A stretch of DNA of 32,000 nucleotides from Candidatus Syntropharchaeum caldarium (GTDB lineage Archaea; Halobacteriota; Syntropharchaeia; Syntropharchaeales; Syntropharchaeaceae): contig LYOS01000002.1 in the NCBI GenBank assembly GCA_001766815.1, positions 1 through 32,000 on the forward strand, written 5' to 3'. The notes beneath the pieces were generated by a model. It was given only the letters and a program-made list of their open reading frames with translations, was not told the origin of the DNA and made no database searches. A program made the position numbers and the translations under genes. Shown here in pieces: positions 1-8,804 of the stretch; positions within the stretch are counted from its first letter, which is position 1, and every line of letters begins with the position of its first letter.

Positions 1-1
1 C

Positions 2-160
2 AGGGGGAGAAAGTGTATCTTCAGATCAAACCATGCCTCAAACTACTTGCCGGTGGGTGGTATCCTGCCCGATGAGAAGGATGAGATCTTGATGATGATT
101 GATACTGCAATCAGGAGAGGAGAGAGTAGCCTGAAGCCTGAGTTTCTCAGAGGGCTATGA
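2..160 (+). CDS. 3' end of an unidentified CDS entering from upstream of the window (partial)
   Basis: This frame is open from the window edge to TGA at 158-160 (...GGILPDEKDEILMMIDTAIRRGESSLKPEFLRGL*). No domain recognised. Confidence 0.3.
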   Translation, partial: RGRKCIFRSNHASNYLPVGGILPDEKDEILMMIDTAIRRGESSLKPEFLRGL

Positions 161-607
161 GTAATAAAAAAACAGGTGTGATGGATGGGGATTGAGGAGG
201 GGATTCTATGTCAGTGGCACTTATTTTCTGACCGGTGGGGAGGGGGTAAATCAAAGTTTTCTTCGGTTAGAATTAGATTTTATGGATTTTTGGTGTGCTT
301 TTTATCCGGGAAAAGGATGACTGTAAATACGCAAATCTCTGATCTGGATCACAAGAAGATATCCTTCTGATCTGTAAGCTCCAGTTAAGAAATGCTGAAT
401 ACTGGATTAAGTTCTCTCAGATGGATTTGATTGAGGGGTTTTCAAAAGTCTGTATGGTCGAGCTTGGTGGGAAGGAGATCATGTCTGAGGTGTCAAAGCC
501 TGTGAGAGAGCTTGATGAGAAGCTCGGGCTGGGGTTATTCCCTAAATGAGGGGGAGGTAAGGTTTATATAACACTATAATATTCAAGTAATTGATTAGAA
601 TATACGA

Positions 608-934
608 GTGATAGATATGTGTACCGGTGATGGATGCGGTCATGGAAGGGGTGAGCATTTCAGAAAGTTGATGAGAGCGCTTCACTGTCCCACGAGATGG
701 ACCATCATCGAATGTATCGGAGAAGGTGAGCGGGGAACAAAGGAGATACAGAAGTATCTGGCAGATATGAAAGAGAAAATAACACCATCCTGCCTGTACT
801 ATCACCTCTCAGAGCTCAAAAAGGCAGGGATAATCGAGATTGCAGGCTACAGAGAGGAGGGGGGCGGGGCTCCTGAGAAGATCTGGAGGCTGAAGTCCAG
901 GCAGATCGTGATAGATTTGCTTGAGGGAGAATGA
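608..934 (+). CDS. ArsR/SmtB-type winged-helix transcriptional regulator
   Basis: wHTH core: PTRWTIIECIGEGERGTKEIQKYLADMKEKITPSCLYYHLSELKKAGIIE. N-terminal Cys/His cluster CTGDGCGHG. ATGA overlap with the downstream ABC ATPase gene. Start ambiguous (GTG 608 or ATG 617). Confidence 0.7.
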   Translation: MIDMCTGDGCGHGRGEHFRKLMRALHCPTRWTIIECIGEGERGTKEIQKYLADMKEKITPSCLYYHLSELKKAGIIEIAGYREEGGGAPEKIWRLKSRQIVIDLLEGE

Positions 935-1845
935 TGGAAGCGATAGCAGTTGAAAACTTGAGTAAGAGCTTTAACGGGCTTAAGGCGGTTGATCGTGTGA
1001 GTTTCAGCGTTCATGAGGGTGAGATATTTGGTTTTCTTGGTCCAAATGGCGCAGGAAAGACGACGACCGTGAGGATATTGACCGGCGTGATACAGCCTGA
1101 TTCCGGGAAGGCGAGTGTCCTGGGTTTTGATGTGGTTAAAGAGACGCTTAAGGCACGGGAGAAGATAGGGGTCGTCCCTGAAGCTGCAAACGCATACCCT
1201 GATCTCTCTGTGTGGAAGAACATGATGCTTACAGCGGCTCTGTATGGTATCGAGCGAAAAAAAGCAGAGGCAAAGGCAGATGAGCTTCTCAGGGTCTTTG
1301 GGATCTCTGAGCGAAAAGATAGCAGGGTGAAGACGCTCTCAAAAGGGATGAAGCAGCGGCTCATGCTCTCAATGGCACTTGTGAGTGATCCTGAGTTGCT
1401 CTTTCTGGATGAGCCAACATCAGGTCTTGATGTGGCAAGTGCACGGATAATAAGGGAGAAGATTATGGAACTCTCCCGGGAGGGGAGGACGATATTCCTC
1501 ACATCCCACAACATGGAAGAGGTGAGTATGCTCTGCGATCGTGTCGGAATCATAAACCATGGCAGGATCGTTGCGGTTGAGAGATCAAGAGATCTGAGAG
1601 ACCGGATAGGAGGATCGCTTGCGGTTGAGGTGGAGTTCGACAGAAAGGTTGATCTTACGGGTTTTCCTGATGTAAAAGCAAGAGGAAACAGATACGTACT
1701 GTATACGACCGATGCACACGATACGATATGCTCGATCGTTGATTTTGCATCCCGCAATGGATTGAGGATCACGGGGTTAAACCTCCATGCACCATCGCTT
1801 GAGGATGTATTTCTCAAACTCACAGGAGGTGAAAGTGATGCTTAG
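931..1845 (+). CDS. ABC transporter ATP-binding protein (ABC-2/DrrA-like exporter type)
   Basis: Walker A GPNGAGKTT, ABC signature LSKGMKQRL, Walker B LLFLDEPTSGLD, H-loop TSHNM. Confidence 0.95.
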   Translation: MMEAIAVENLSKSFNGLKAVDRVSFSVHEGEIFGFLGPNGAGKTTTVRILTGVIQPDSGKASVLGFDVVKETLKAREKIGVVPEAANAYPDLSVWKNMMLTAALYGIERKKAEAKADELLRVFGISERKDSRVKTLSKGMKQRLMLSMALVSDPELLFLDEPTSGLDVASARIIREKIMELSREGRTIFLTSHNMEEVSMLCDRVGIINHGRIVAVERSRDLRDRIGGSLAVEVEFDRKVDLTGFPDVKARGNRYVLYTTDAHDTICSIVDFASRNGLRITGLNLHAPSLEDVFLKLTGGESDA

Positions 1846-2566
1846 AAAGATATGGGCGATAACAAAAAAGAATATCCTGATGTACTACCTCAAGGGACCT
1901 GTTCTGATATTTGGCGTTTTATTCCCGTTATTTCTATTTCTTGCATTTTACATCGGGAGAAGTCTATCAGCAGAGTTTCTCATCCCCGGACTTCTTGCGA
2001 TGACGCTCTTCTTCACATCCACATCGGTCTCGCCGGTGATCATGCCCTGGGAAACCCAGATGAAAACGCTTGAAAGGCTCATATCATGTCCGATAACGGT
2101 CAGAACGATGATATTTGGTGATATACTCGCTTCGTTCATATTTGGGATCATCATCTCAATCGTTCCAGTTGTGATAGGTATGGTGATGGGTGTTGGTGTT
2201 AAAGCACCGCTTACCCTTGGAGTTGCGATAATCATCGGTGCGTTCGCATTCTCCTCTCTCGGACTGCTCTTCTCAACGATCCCGACAGATCTTGTATCGA
2301 ACGTGATGATGCTCTCAAATCTTGTGAAGTTTCCGCTCATCTTTATAAGCGGTATCTTCATCCCGGTGAGTGAACTTCCTGATTGGGGTGTGGCCGTTGC
2401 ATCACTATCTCCGCTCACCTACTTCACGGATATTGCGAGATTCTCGATTGAGGGTTATGCCTTTTATCCGTTGTATCTCGATTTCTTGCTGCTTATCGCA
2501 TCTGCTGTTCTCTTTCTGGTACTTGCCGTGAAGCTCCATGAGCGGACACTTGTGAGGAGGTTTTAA
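1838..2566 (+). CDS. ABC-2 type transporter permease
   Basis: Multi-TM hydrophobic protein directly after the ATPase gene. ATG 1838 is preceded by GGAGGTG (1825-1831) and overlaps the ATPase stop. The track ORF starts at 1787, but the SD favours 1838. Confidence 0.85.
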   Translation: MLRKIWAITKKNILMYYLKGPVLIFGVLFPLFLFLAFYIGRSLSAEFLIPGLLAMTLFFTSTSVSPVIMPWETQMKTLERLISCPITVRTMIFGDILASFIFGIIISIVPVVIGMVMGVGVKAPLTLGVAIIIGAFAFSSLGLLFSTIPTDLVSNVMMLSNLVKFPLIFISGIFIPVSELPDWGVAVASLSPLTYFTDIARFSIEGYAFYPLYLDFLLLIASAVLFLVLAVKLHERTLVRRF

Positions 2567-2643
2567 TGGAAAAACTTCCACTCTCCAGCAGATTGGTTCC
2601 TCATAGAATCCTTTCTCGTGGGCCCCAGAGAAATGATGTACAC

Positions 2644-2656
2644 AAAAAATAAAAAA
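2644..2656 (-). terminator. oligo-T tract (T6-A-T6 on the minus strand) downstream of the MTH865-like gene
   Basis: The plus strand reads aaaaaataaaaaa just 3' of the minus-strand stop at 2675-2677. Archaeal terminators are typically oligo-T runs. Confidence 0.4.
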
Positions 2657-2674
2657 GGGTAGTAGATTAATCAC

Positions 2675-2899
2675 TTACTTCGCCAGTGGTAATATAAAAG
2701 CTACCAGATCGTCAAGGGTTTCAAAAGGATAGTTTCCTTCAATTACGGCCGCAACATCAAGAGCGGTAACTTTTTTACCCTCGGCTTCACAGTAAGTCTC
2801 AGCCCCTTCTGGCAATGCTGCCACCAGATCCGCAGTGTTTGTGAGCGGAAACGGGACATTCTTACACTTCTTACGGATGCAATCTTCCAGTTCACCCAT
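2675..2899 (-). CDS. small helical protein, MTH865-like family (recalled from memory)
   Basis: 74 aa ORF (MGELEDCIRKKCKNVPFPLTNTADLVAALPEG...YPFETLDDLVAFILPLAK) with a duplicated FP..t..dLv pattern typical of MTH865-type proteins. Confidence 0.55.
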   Translation of the reverse strand: MGELEDCIRKKCKNVPFPLTNTADLVAALPEGAETYCEAEGKKVTALDVAAVIEGNYPFETLDDLVAFILPLAK

Positions 2900-3068
2900 T
2901 TTTCAGTCACCTCCATTATTGTTTATGATAGTATCACTCACCTTATCCTACTTATACTTTCGGCCTGTGTTCCGTCTACTTTAAGGAGCCGTCATATTAT
3001 TTCGATAGCTATATATATCACCTTTATCTAACCCCCAAGTAGTTAATGAATTAATCACAGATGGAGGA

Positions 3069-3398
3069 TTGATTGTGAAGAATAGAAGAAAGTTAATGAT
3101 GGCGATCTTGTTATTTGTATCGTTCGGAGCAGTCTTAACAGGTGTTGCTGCTGCCGAGGAAGACGCATCTCCAGTTGCATCAGCAGGTGGCATGGCTGCG
3201 CTTGGTGCTGGGCTTGCCATTGGTATTGCAGGACTTGGTGCAGGTATCGGCGTTGGTACAAGTGGTGCAGCCGCGGTTGCTGCAAGTGCTGAGAAGCCTG
3301 AGATGTTTGGTAAAGCAATCATATTTGTTGCGCTTGCTGAGGCAGTTGCTATCTACGGATTGCTGGTTGCATTCCTGCTCTACACAAAGGTACCGTAA
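3069..3398 (+). CDS. atpK: A/V-type ATP synthase proteolipid subunit K (c subunit)
   Basis: Gly/Ala-rich hairpin GLGAGIGVGTSGAAAVAASAEKPEMFGKAIIFVALAEAVAIYGLLVAFLL with the conserved ion-binding Glu in LAEAVAIYG. GGAGG at 3061-3065. Start uncertain (TTG 3069, GTG 3075, ATG 3096). Carries a hydrophobic N-terminal extension. Confidence 0.85.
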   Translation: MIVKNRRKLMMAILLFVSFGAVLTGVAAAEEDASPVASAGGMAALGAGLAIGIAGLGAGIGVGTSGAAAVAASAEKPEMFGKAIIFVALAEAVAIYGLLVAFLLYTKVP

Positions 3399-3420
3399 AG
3401 TGGAAGTTAAGGATCTCACG

Positions 3421-3624
3421 ATGGCAGAGGTCTGCGTTCATGCGCTACCTATTGCCCTTTTCATCTCTTTTTCCGTTTTTGGTGCTATGATGCTTGGATA
3501 TTTCCTCGGAAATTATCTGGGGATGCCCGGGGGTATCCTGATTGTAGTATCTTTCACAACGGCCGGGATGATCGGTGGGATACTTGGAAGCCTTCTCATC
3601 GTAGATAAAGTGTATGGGGTGTAA
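3421..3624 (+). CDS. small two-TM membrane protein (possibly AtpI/AtpZ-like)
   Basis: ATG 3421 lies inside the 3142..3624 track ORF. It gives 67 aa with two hydrophobic helices (ALPIALFISFSVFGAMMLGYFLG...GGILIVVSFTTAGMIGGILGSLLIV), wedged between atpK and atpC. The 5' part of the track ORF is an Ala/Gly-codon shadow of atpK. Confidence 0.45.
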   Translation: MAEVCVHALPIALFISFSVFGAMMLGYFLGNYLGMPGGILIVVSFTTAGMIGGILGSLLIVDKVYGV

Positions 3625-3627
3625 GGA

Positions 3628-4668
3628 ATGTCTGTTTCAGAGTATGCCTATATCAACGCAAAGATTCGTGTGAAGAAAGGGGATCTTCTTGATCAAAAGA
3701 AGATGCGTTCACTGATGGAAGTATATGAAACGAAAGAGATGATCGCACTTCTCATGGATACGACATACAGGGATGAACTCTCCAGCCTACCACCCGATGC
3801 AACGATCAGGGATATCGAACGTGCGATCATGGATAACATGGTGAAGACGTTTGTAAATATCGCATCGGCAGTTGGTACAGAGGGTGGACGTGCACTATGC
3901 GTGGAACTACTACGGCGCTTTGAAGTTGCAAACTTAAAGAGCGTGTTACGGGCAAAGTTAAGTGGGTTGAGCAGAGAAGAGCTTGATCTGATCCCTGTTG
4001 AAGGATTCTTCAGGCGACGACTCAGTAGACTCATCGATCTTGCGAGTATCGAAGAGATGATTCCGCTTCTTGAGGGGACACCTTATCGTGCCATACTTGA
4101 GGGAAATATGGCTGCATTCAAAGAAACGAAAAAGCTCTTTGTGCTTGAGTCTGCACTTGATGCCGAGCTCTTCCAGAGTATCTGGTTGCAGGCAAAAAAG
4201 TTAAAGGGAGCTGATGCTGCAAGTGCCATGAAACTTCTCGGAACGCGGTTTGATATGATGAATATGATGACGATACTCCGTGGCAAGGCCGACGGAATTG
4301 AAATCAGTCAGTTGAGAAATTACATCCTGCCTTATGGACGACTTAATCCTGATCTCCTCAGGGACGCAATGATGGCAGACGATGTAAAGTCGACTCTTCA
4401 GGTGCTATCCACAACTCAATACGCAGATATATTTGCGGGAGCAGCCTCTGAATATGACGAACTTGGACAGTTATCTTCCTTTGAGGTAGCACTCCAGCGG
4501 CGTATCCTCGATGAATCAAGAAGTCTGATGATGGGTTATCCATTCCAGATCGGTACCATTATTGGGTTTTTCGAGCTTAAAGAGGCCGAAGTAAAGAACC
4601 TGCGTGCCATTGCAGTCTGTAAAGAGAACGGACTTGAGGCAGAAGAGACCAGAAGATTTATTATATAA
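3628..4668 (+). CDS. atpC: A/V-type ATP synthase subunit C (AC39 / V-ATPase d family)
   Basis: The N-terminus EYAYINAKIRVKKGDLLDQKKMRSLMEV...LLMDTTYRDEL matches the YxYxNARVRxMKxxLL signature of archaeal subunit C. Length 346 aa is typical. Confidence 0.85.
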   Translation: MSVSEYAYINAKIRVKKGDLLDQKKMRSLMEVYETKEMIALLMDTTYRDELSSLPPDATIRDIERAIMDNMVKTFVNIASAVGTEGGRALCVELLRRFEVANLKSVLRAKLSGLSREELDLIPVEGFFRRRLSRLIDLASIEEMIPLLEGTPYRAILEGNMAAFKETKKLFVLESALDAELFQSIWLQAKKLKGADAASAMKLLGTRFDMMNMMTILRGKADGIEISQLRNYILPYGRLNPDLLRDAMMADDVKSTLQVLSTTQYADIFAGAASEYDELGQLSSFEVALQRRILDESRSLMMGYPFQIGTIIGFFELKEAEVKNLRAIAVCKENGLEAEETRRFII

Positions 4669-4674
4669 ATTTTA

Positions 4675-4692
4675 AGGTGGAATTATCCACCT
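4675..4692. terminator. 7-bp perfect hairpin between convergent genes
   Basis: AGGTGGA-atta-TCCACCT lies between the atpC stop (4666-4668) and the minus-strand stop at 4692-4694. A T-run sits just upstream (aaatttta). Function not proven. Confidence 0.3.
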
Positions 4693-5096
4693 CACGCAAT
4701 TTTTTTACCAAAATCAGGGGCGCCGACTGAGAAGACCTCATTGACTTTTATCATCGCAACACCGTTGATATCAAGGTTAAGAAGATCTTTGACCAGCGCT
4801 GCAAACTTATCATAGACCGGACCTGAGGTCTCAAACCCTGCAAATGTACCTTTCACCTGATAACCTGCGGGTGGCGGATTTTTGAAGGCAAGAAGTGCTG
4901 CTTTCTTCGTTGCTTCAAGGTTTGCCCTCGTTTTTCCGCTGAATATATCTGCATAAGCGACCGTTTCATCATCGACCGCAGAAATTGTGCCTTTGGCAGC
5001 AACATTTATCTCGCCATCCTCTGCAACCGTTGCTATGACCTTGGATGCTTCTGGATCATTGAATAAATCCACAACTTCTTTTGGCATCTTTACCAT
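4692..5096 (-). CDS. pyridoxamine 5'-phosphate oxidase-like FMN-binding (split-barrel) protein
   Basis: 134 aa. The pattern ...LFNDPEASKVIATVAEDGEINVAAKGTISAVDDETVAYADIFSGKTRANL... is typical of small PNPOx-family proteins. Confidence 0.6.
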   Translation of the reverse strand: MVKMPKEVVDLFNDPEASKVIATVAEDGEINVAAKGTISAVDDETVAYADIFSGKTRANLEATKKAALLAFKNPPPAGYQVKGTFAGFETSGPVYDKFAALVKDLLNLDINGVAMIKVNEVFSVGAPDFGKKIA

Positions 5097-5174
5097 TAGA
5101 TCACCTCACTCTCCCTTTGCGTTTTTAATATAAAAAATTATGTTTAATCAGATCTTTGCAGCGAGAGGTGAAAA

Positions 5175-5513
5175 TTACTGAAGAAACTCGATCGTCGGCG
5201 ATTTCTTAAGCTGCAGTCCAAACTCAGCAAGGATTCCTTTGAGCAGCCCGCATGGTACAGGGCAATCAACATGTGGCAGGTGCTGATCTGCCTTCTTATA
5301 CACAGGGTTGGTCATGAATCCAACTGCGGGCCTACCCCTCTCTGGAAATATATCTGCGAGACCAACCTTCATGAGGTCCCTGCCAAGACGCTGACAGTAC
5401 TTGCAATCTGACTCTATCTCCAATTTCACATCCCGTCCATCGAGGATAATTCTGGCTTCAGTCCTGAACTGGCAGGCGCCCCCATAAATTTCAATTGTCG
5501 TCATATCGATCAC
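5175..5513 (-). CDS. Cys-rich hypothetical protein
   Basis: 112 aa ORF in a clean intergenic context, with Cys motifs (GACQF, CKYCQ, CPVPCG). No family recognised. Confidence 0.55.
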   Translation of the reverse strand: MIDMTTIEIYGGACQFRTEARIILDGRDVKLEIESDCKYCQRLGRDLMKVGLADIFPERGRPAVGFMTNPVYKKADQHLPHVDCPVPCGLLKGILAEFGLQLKKSPTIEFLQ

Positions 5514-5635
5514 ACCAGAGACAGTTAGATGTGGTTACATTCCCAGAGGATAAGAAACTTTCCTGAGGGTGTGCGATACGCTTATAAATATCGATGATCT
5601 TGGATTCTTAAGTTTGATTACACAGGGTGATTTAA

Positions 5636-5788
5636 GTGGGAAAGAAGATGAAGGGCAAGAAGCTCAGGCTTGCAAAGGCAGCCAATCAGAATCGCAGAGT
5701 GCCGGTCTGGGTTATCGTCAAGACAGAACGGGACGTCACAACCCATCCAAAGCGACGGCACTGGAGAAGGAGTAACCTGAAGGTGTGA
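5636..5788 (+). CDS. rpl39e: 50S ribosomal protein L39e
   Basis: Absent from the ORF track because it is under 60 aa. GTG 5636 is preceded by GGGTGA (5625-5630). Translation: [50 protein letters not shown], the classic L39e sequence, followed by rpl31e as in archaeal operons. Confidence 0.9.
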   Translation: MGKKMKGKKLRLAKAANQNRRVPVWVIVKTERDVTTHPKRRHWRRSNLKV

Positions 5789-5793
5789 TCATC

Positions 5794-6045
5794 ATGGAAG
5801 AGAGAATATATACAATCCCACTGCGGGGAGTTAAGCGAGTTCCAAGATGGAAAAGAGCTAAAAAAGCGATATCTGATATAAAAGCATATCTCACCAGGCA
5901 TACAAAATCTGAGAATCTCGTGCTCGATAAATCCATCAACGAGAAGGTCTGGGCACGGGGGGCAGAGAAGCCGCCATCAAAGATCCGTGTAAAAGTTGTT
6001 GAAGAAGACGGAGCGGTCAGGGCGGAGCTTGTGAAAGAGGCATGA
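5794..6045 (+). CDS. rpl31e: 50S ribosomal protein L31e
   Basis: MEERIYTIPLRGVKRVPRWKRAKKAISDIKAYL...NEKVWARGAEKPPSKIRVKV is the L31e signature. ATG 5794 is preferred over the track start at 5785. Confidence 0.9.
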   Translation: MEERIYTIPLRGVKRVPRWKRAKKAISDIKAYLTRHTKSENLVLDKSINEKVWARGAEKPPSKIRVKVVEEDGAVRAELVKEA

Positions 6046-6695
6046 AACTTCTCAGACTCAATGATAGTCCTTTCATCGGAAACTTTGCACTTGCCACGAA
6101 CGAATATCTTTTACTACCTCCACACACACCTCCAAAGGTGAAAGAAGACTTTGAAGAAGAACTCGGGGTAAAAGCACGATGCGTAACTGTAGGAGAGAGT
6201 AATCTGATTGGTTTACTCGCCTGTGGAAACTCAAAAGGGCTAATTGTTTCGCCGTACACATCAGATTTTGAGATCAAACAGCTTGAGAAGATAACACGCG
6301 TCAGGCGACTCCCATCGATCCTGAGTGCGGTTGGAAATATCATTCTCGCAAACGACGACGCTGCGCTTGTGCATCCAAAGCTATCTGATGAATGTATTGA
6401 ACTGATAGCCGATTTCCTTGATGTGGATGTGTGGCGTGGCACGATCGCAAACCTAAGGACAGTTGGAGCAATGGCGGTTGCAACCGGACGTGGTATTCTT
6501 GTGAACCCGGATATAACCGATAACGAGCTTTCACGGCTTTCAGCGTTGTTTGGCCTCACACCTCTTCGTGGTAGCGCGAACTTTGGATCTGGAGTTGTTG
6601 GATCCTCGATTGTTGCCAATGATCATGGTTGTGTTGCAGGATCTGATACTACAGCGGTTGAGGTTATGCGAATCGAGGATGCACTCGAGCTTTGA
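6042..6695 (+). CDS. eif6: translation initiation factor 6 (aIF6)
   Basis: MKLLRLNDSPFIGNFALATNEYLLLPP... with the pentein-repeat pattern and conserved rpl39e-rpl31e-eif6 synteny. ATGA overlap with rpl31e. Confidence 0.92.
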   Translation: MKLLRLNDSPFIGNFALATNEYLLLPPHTPPKVKEDFEEELGVKARCVTVGESNLIGLLACGNSKGLIVSPYTSDFEIKQLEKITRVRRLPSILSAVGNIILANDDAALVHPKLSDECIELIADFLDVDVWRGTIANLRTVGAMAVATGRGILVNPDITDNELSRLSALFGLTPLRGSANFGSGVVGSSIVANDHGCVAGSDTTAVEVMRIEDALEL

Positions 6696-6701
6696 TCTCT
6701 T

Positions 6702-7235
6702 CTACCATGGCACGTCTTTTTTACCTGCAAGATACCCGAAGGCATTTGAGAGAACGTGAAGAAGCGGTGTAATTATAATGAGTGTGATGATGATCATGGG
6801 TGTAAAATGCTGTAGAAACCATTCGTGTGCAAAGAGCCATAGAAAGAGATATACGCCAAGTACAAAATCTAATTGATCAAATGGAAAGAAAAAACTCCCC
6901 TGCTCAATGCCAAGTCGCCGTTTAATCAAACTCTCAACGAGATCTCCAAAGAGTGCACCTGTTGATATCAGGATGAGCACAGATAGTGGAAAGCTCGGGG
7001 CGTTGATTGATGCGCCTATGTAATTCTGCAACAGCCCAGCCAGTATCCCGCAACATATACCGGCCGCAGTGCCACGGTATGTCTTGCCATCACCAAAAAG
7101 CCGTTTACCGTTGATTCTCAGACCATGATCGATCGGCTTTCCACCACCGAATATAACAGGTGATGAGTTTGCAAAATACGCAGGCAGAATCAGCCACAGA
7201 GATGTGAGTATAGTCGAGATTATTGATTCGATCAT
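6702..7235 (-). CDS. carS: CDP-archaeol synthase (CDP-2,3-bis-O-geranylgeranyl-sn-glycerol synthase)
   Basis: 177 aa membrane protein with PAYFANSSPVIFGGGKPID, GDGKTYRGT, GDLVESLIKRRLGI and DQLDFVLG motifs of the CarS/DUF46 family. Confidence 0.85.
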   Translation of the reverse strand: MIESIISTILTSLWLILPAYFANSSPVIFGGGKPIDHGLRINGKRLFGDGKTYRGTAAGICCGILAGLLQNYIGASINAPSFPLSVLILISTGALFGDLVESLIKRRLGIEQGSFFFPFDQLDFVLGVYLFLWLFAHEWFLQHFTPMIIITLIIITPLLHVLSNAFGYLAGKKDVPW

Positions 7236-7562
7236 CCGTAAATAGAACGTGGAGACGGTTAAAAGCTTTTTCCTGATGAGATTTGGAAACAGGTGGTATA
7301 TATCTAAAAATTCATTTAATGTGTAGATCTGAGCATTAATTCATATTATGGTATTTAAAATCTTAATATGTTAGTTTTTGTATGTTGAAACAATTCTATA
7401 AGCTTATTTTTCTGAAGAAATGAAATAATCGCTCATAGCTCTTTATATTAGATTTTAGCCCTTTTTATGCGTTATTTAATTCTGGAGCTGGAGTGGAAAC
7501 AAAGGGGTCGCAACCAAAAGCTATATAGATTGGATATGTGATGGTAGGTTGAGGCATCAAAG
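7236..7562. other. putative chromosomal replication origin (oriC) region
   Basis: 327-nt non-coding AT-rich stretch immediately upstream of orc1/cdc6. It contains three same-orientation (T/G)GAAACA motifs near 7283-7291, 7385-7392 and 7494-7501, plus long A/T runs (7300-7480) that could act as an unwinding element. Confidence 0.6.
7488..7508 (+). promoter_or_regulatory. origin recognition box (ORB)-like element
   Basis: CTGGAGTGGAAACAAAGGGGT resembles the archaeal ORB consensus as I recall it (..TCCAGTGGAAAC..GGGG.). Weaker copies: GAGATTTGGAAACAGGTGGT at 7278-7297 and the mini-ORB-like GTATGTTGAAACAA at 7380-7393. Confidence 0.55.
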
Positions 7563-8804
7563 ATGGAAGCGTCAATTATGAGTGGGATCTTTTCGGGGTT
7601 GCTGGACGTCAAGCCAATATTTAAAGACAAAGAGGTTTTGAGGTCTACCTATACACCCGATCATCTGCCGCATCGGGAAGCGCAGATAAAGAGCCTGGCA
7701 TATATCCTCGTCTCAGCACTTCGTGGCAACACACCCTCGAATGTCATGATATACGGAAAGACCGGGACAGGGAAGACTGCGTGTGCGAAATTCGTTGGAA
7801 GGGAGCTTGAAGCGACCAGTGCAGAGCAGGGGCGCGAATGTTCGGTTATTTATATAAATGGTGGGATCATCGATACCCAGTATCGGATCATCGCTCATCT
7901 TGCCAAATTGTTTGATAAAGATGTTCCGATGACAGGATGGCCCACGGATCAGGTCTATGCCGAGTTCAAGGCTACAATTGATGAGCGGGAACAGATCATC
8001 ATTATAATACTCGATGAGATCGATAAGCTCGTCAAGAAGGGGGATGAGGTGCTTTACAACCTTTTGAGGATTAATTCAGACCTTGAAAATGCAAAGATCA
8101 GTATAATTGGGATTTCAAACAACCTCCAGTTCAGGGAGTTTCTCGATCCCCGTATAAAATCATCGCTTGGCGAGGAGGAGCTTCTATTTCCACCGTATGA
8201 TGCCAGACAGCTCGGAGATATCCTGAGCGAACGGGCGGCGATTGGGTTTGAAGAGGATGTTCTTGACCCCGCTGTAATCCCGTTATGTGCAGCATTTGCA
8301 GCGAATGAACATGGGGATGCACGAAGAGCACTCGATCTCATGCGGGTCGCAGGTGAGCTTGCAGAGCGAGCTGGTGATGGAATGGTGACAAAGGAGCACG
8401 TGCGAAAGGCGCAGACAAAGATTGAGTCTGATAGAATACAGGAGGTGCTGACAACACTTCCAACACAGTCAAAGCTTGTGCTCTACAGCGTGATGTCAAC
8501 AGGGGGCAAGCCGCACCTGACAACAGGCGAGGTTTATCGTGCCTATATGAACTGCTGCAAGATCACGGGGATGAATGCGCTTACTCAGCGGCGAGTGACA
8601 GATCTGATCTCAGAACTTGATATGCTGGGGATAATCATGACCAAGATCGCTAATAAAGGTAGGTATGGCAGGACAAAAGAGATTTCGCTGGCAATACCGC
8701 ATTCACTTGTGAGATCTATTATACTCACAGATTCAAGATTAAAAGTGCTTGAGGGTTGTTCAACACCACTTCAGCGTACACTTGGCGAGACATGGAATGT
8801 ATAG
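7563..8804 (+). CDS. cdc6: Orc1/Cdc6 replication initiator
   Basis: AAA+ Walker A IYGKTGTGKTACAKFV and Walker B IIIILDEIDKL. Sensor region and C-terminal winged helix (LTQRRVTDLISELDMLGII). Confidence 0.95.
   Translation: MEASIMSGIFSGLLDVKPIFKDKEVLRSTYTPDHLPHREAQIKSLAYILVSALRGNTPSNVMIYGKTGTGKTACAKFVGRELEATSAEQGRECSVIYINGGIIDTQYRIIAHLAKLFDKDVPMTGWPTDQVYAEFKATIDEREQIIIIILDEIDKLVKKGDEVLYNLLRINSDLENAKISIIGISNNLQFREFLDPRIKSSLGEEELLFPPYDARQLGDILSERAAIGFEEDVLDPAVIPLCAAFAANEHGDARRALDLMRVAGELAERAGDGMVTKEHVRKAQTKIESDRIQEVLTTLPTQSKLVLYSVMSTGGKPHLTTGEVYRAYMNCCKITGMNALTQRRVTDLISELDMLGIIMTKIANKGRYGRTKEISLAIPHSLVRSIILTDSRLKVLEGCSTPLQRTLGETWNV

Noticed and set aside
421-549. Small ORF MDLIEGFSKVCMVELGGKEIMSEVSKPVRELDEKLGLGLFPK* (42 aa) upstream of the ArsR-type gene.
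   Set aside because: It is plausible as a small protein, but I see no recognisable family, no clear SD and no way to support it from sequence alone.
185-805. Track ORFs 185..370(+) and 542..805(-).
   Set aside because: No SD or promoter context and no recognisable motifs. 542..805(-) is antisense to the ArsR-type regulator gene.
1011-1823. Long antisense ORFs opposite well-supported genes. Examples: 1011..1823(-) in the ABC ATPase, 1948..2418(-), 6017..6619(-) in eif6, 13431..13823(-), 15344..15847(-) in int, 22273..22766(-) in the Topo VIII-like gene, 30326..30700(-) in brxC.
   Set aside because: These are shadow ORFs with low-complexity Ser/Arg/Leu-rich translations and no motifs. Each lies fully inside a strongly supported gene on the other strand.
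2981-3419. Overlapping ORFs around atpK: 2981..3322(-), 3055..3318(-), 3180..3419(-), and the 5' part of 3142..3624(+).
   Set aside because: They are artefacts of the GC-rich Gly/Ala codon run of the proteolipid gene, which leaves several frames open. Only the atpK frame gives a recognisable protein.
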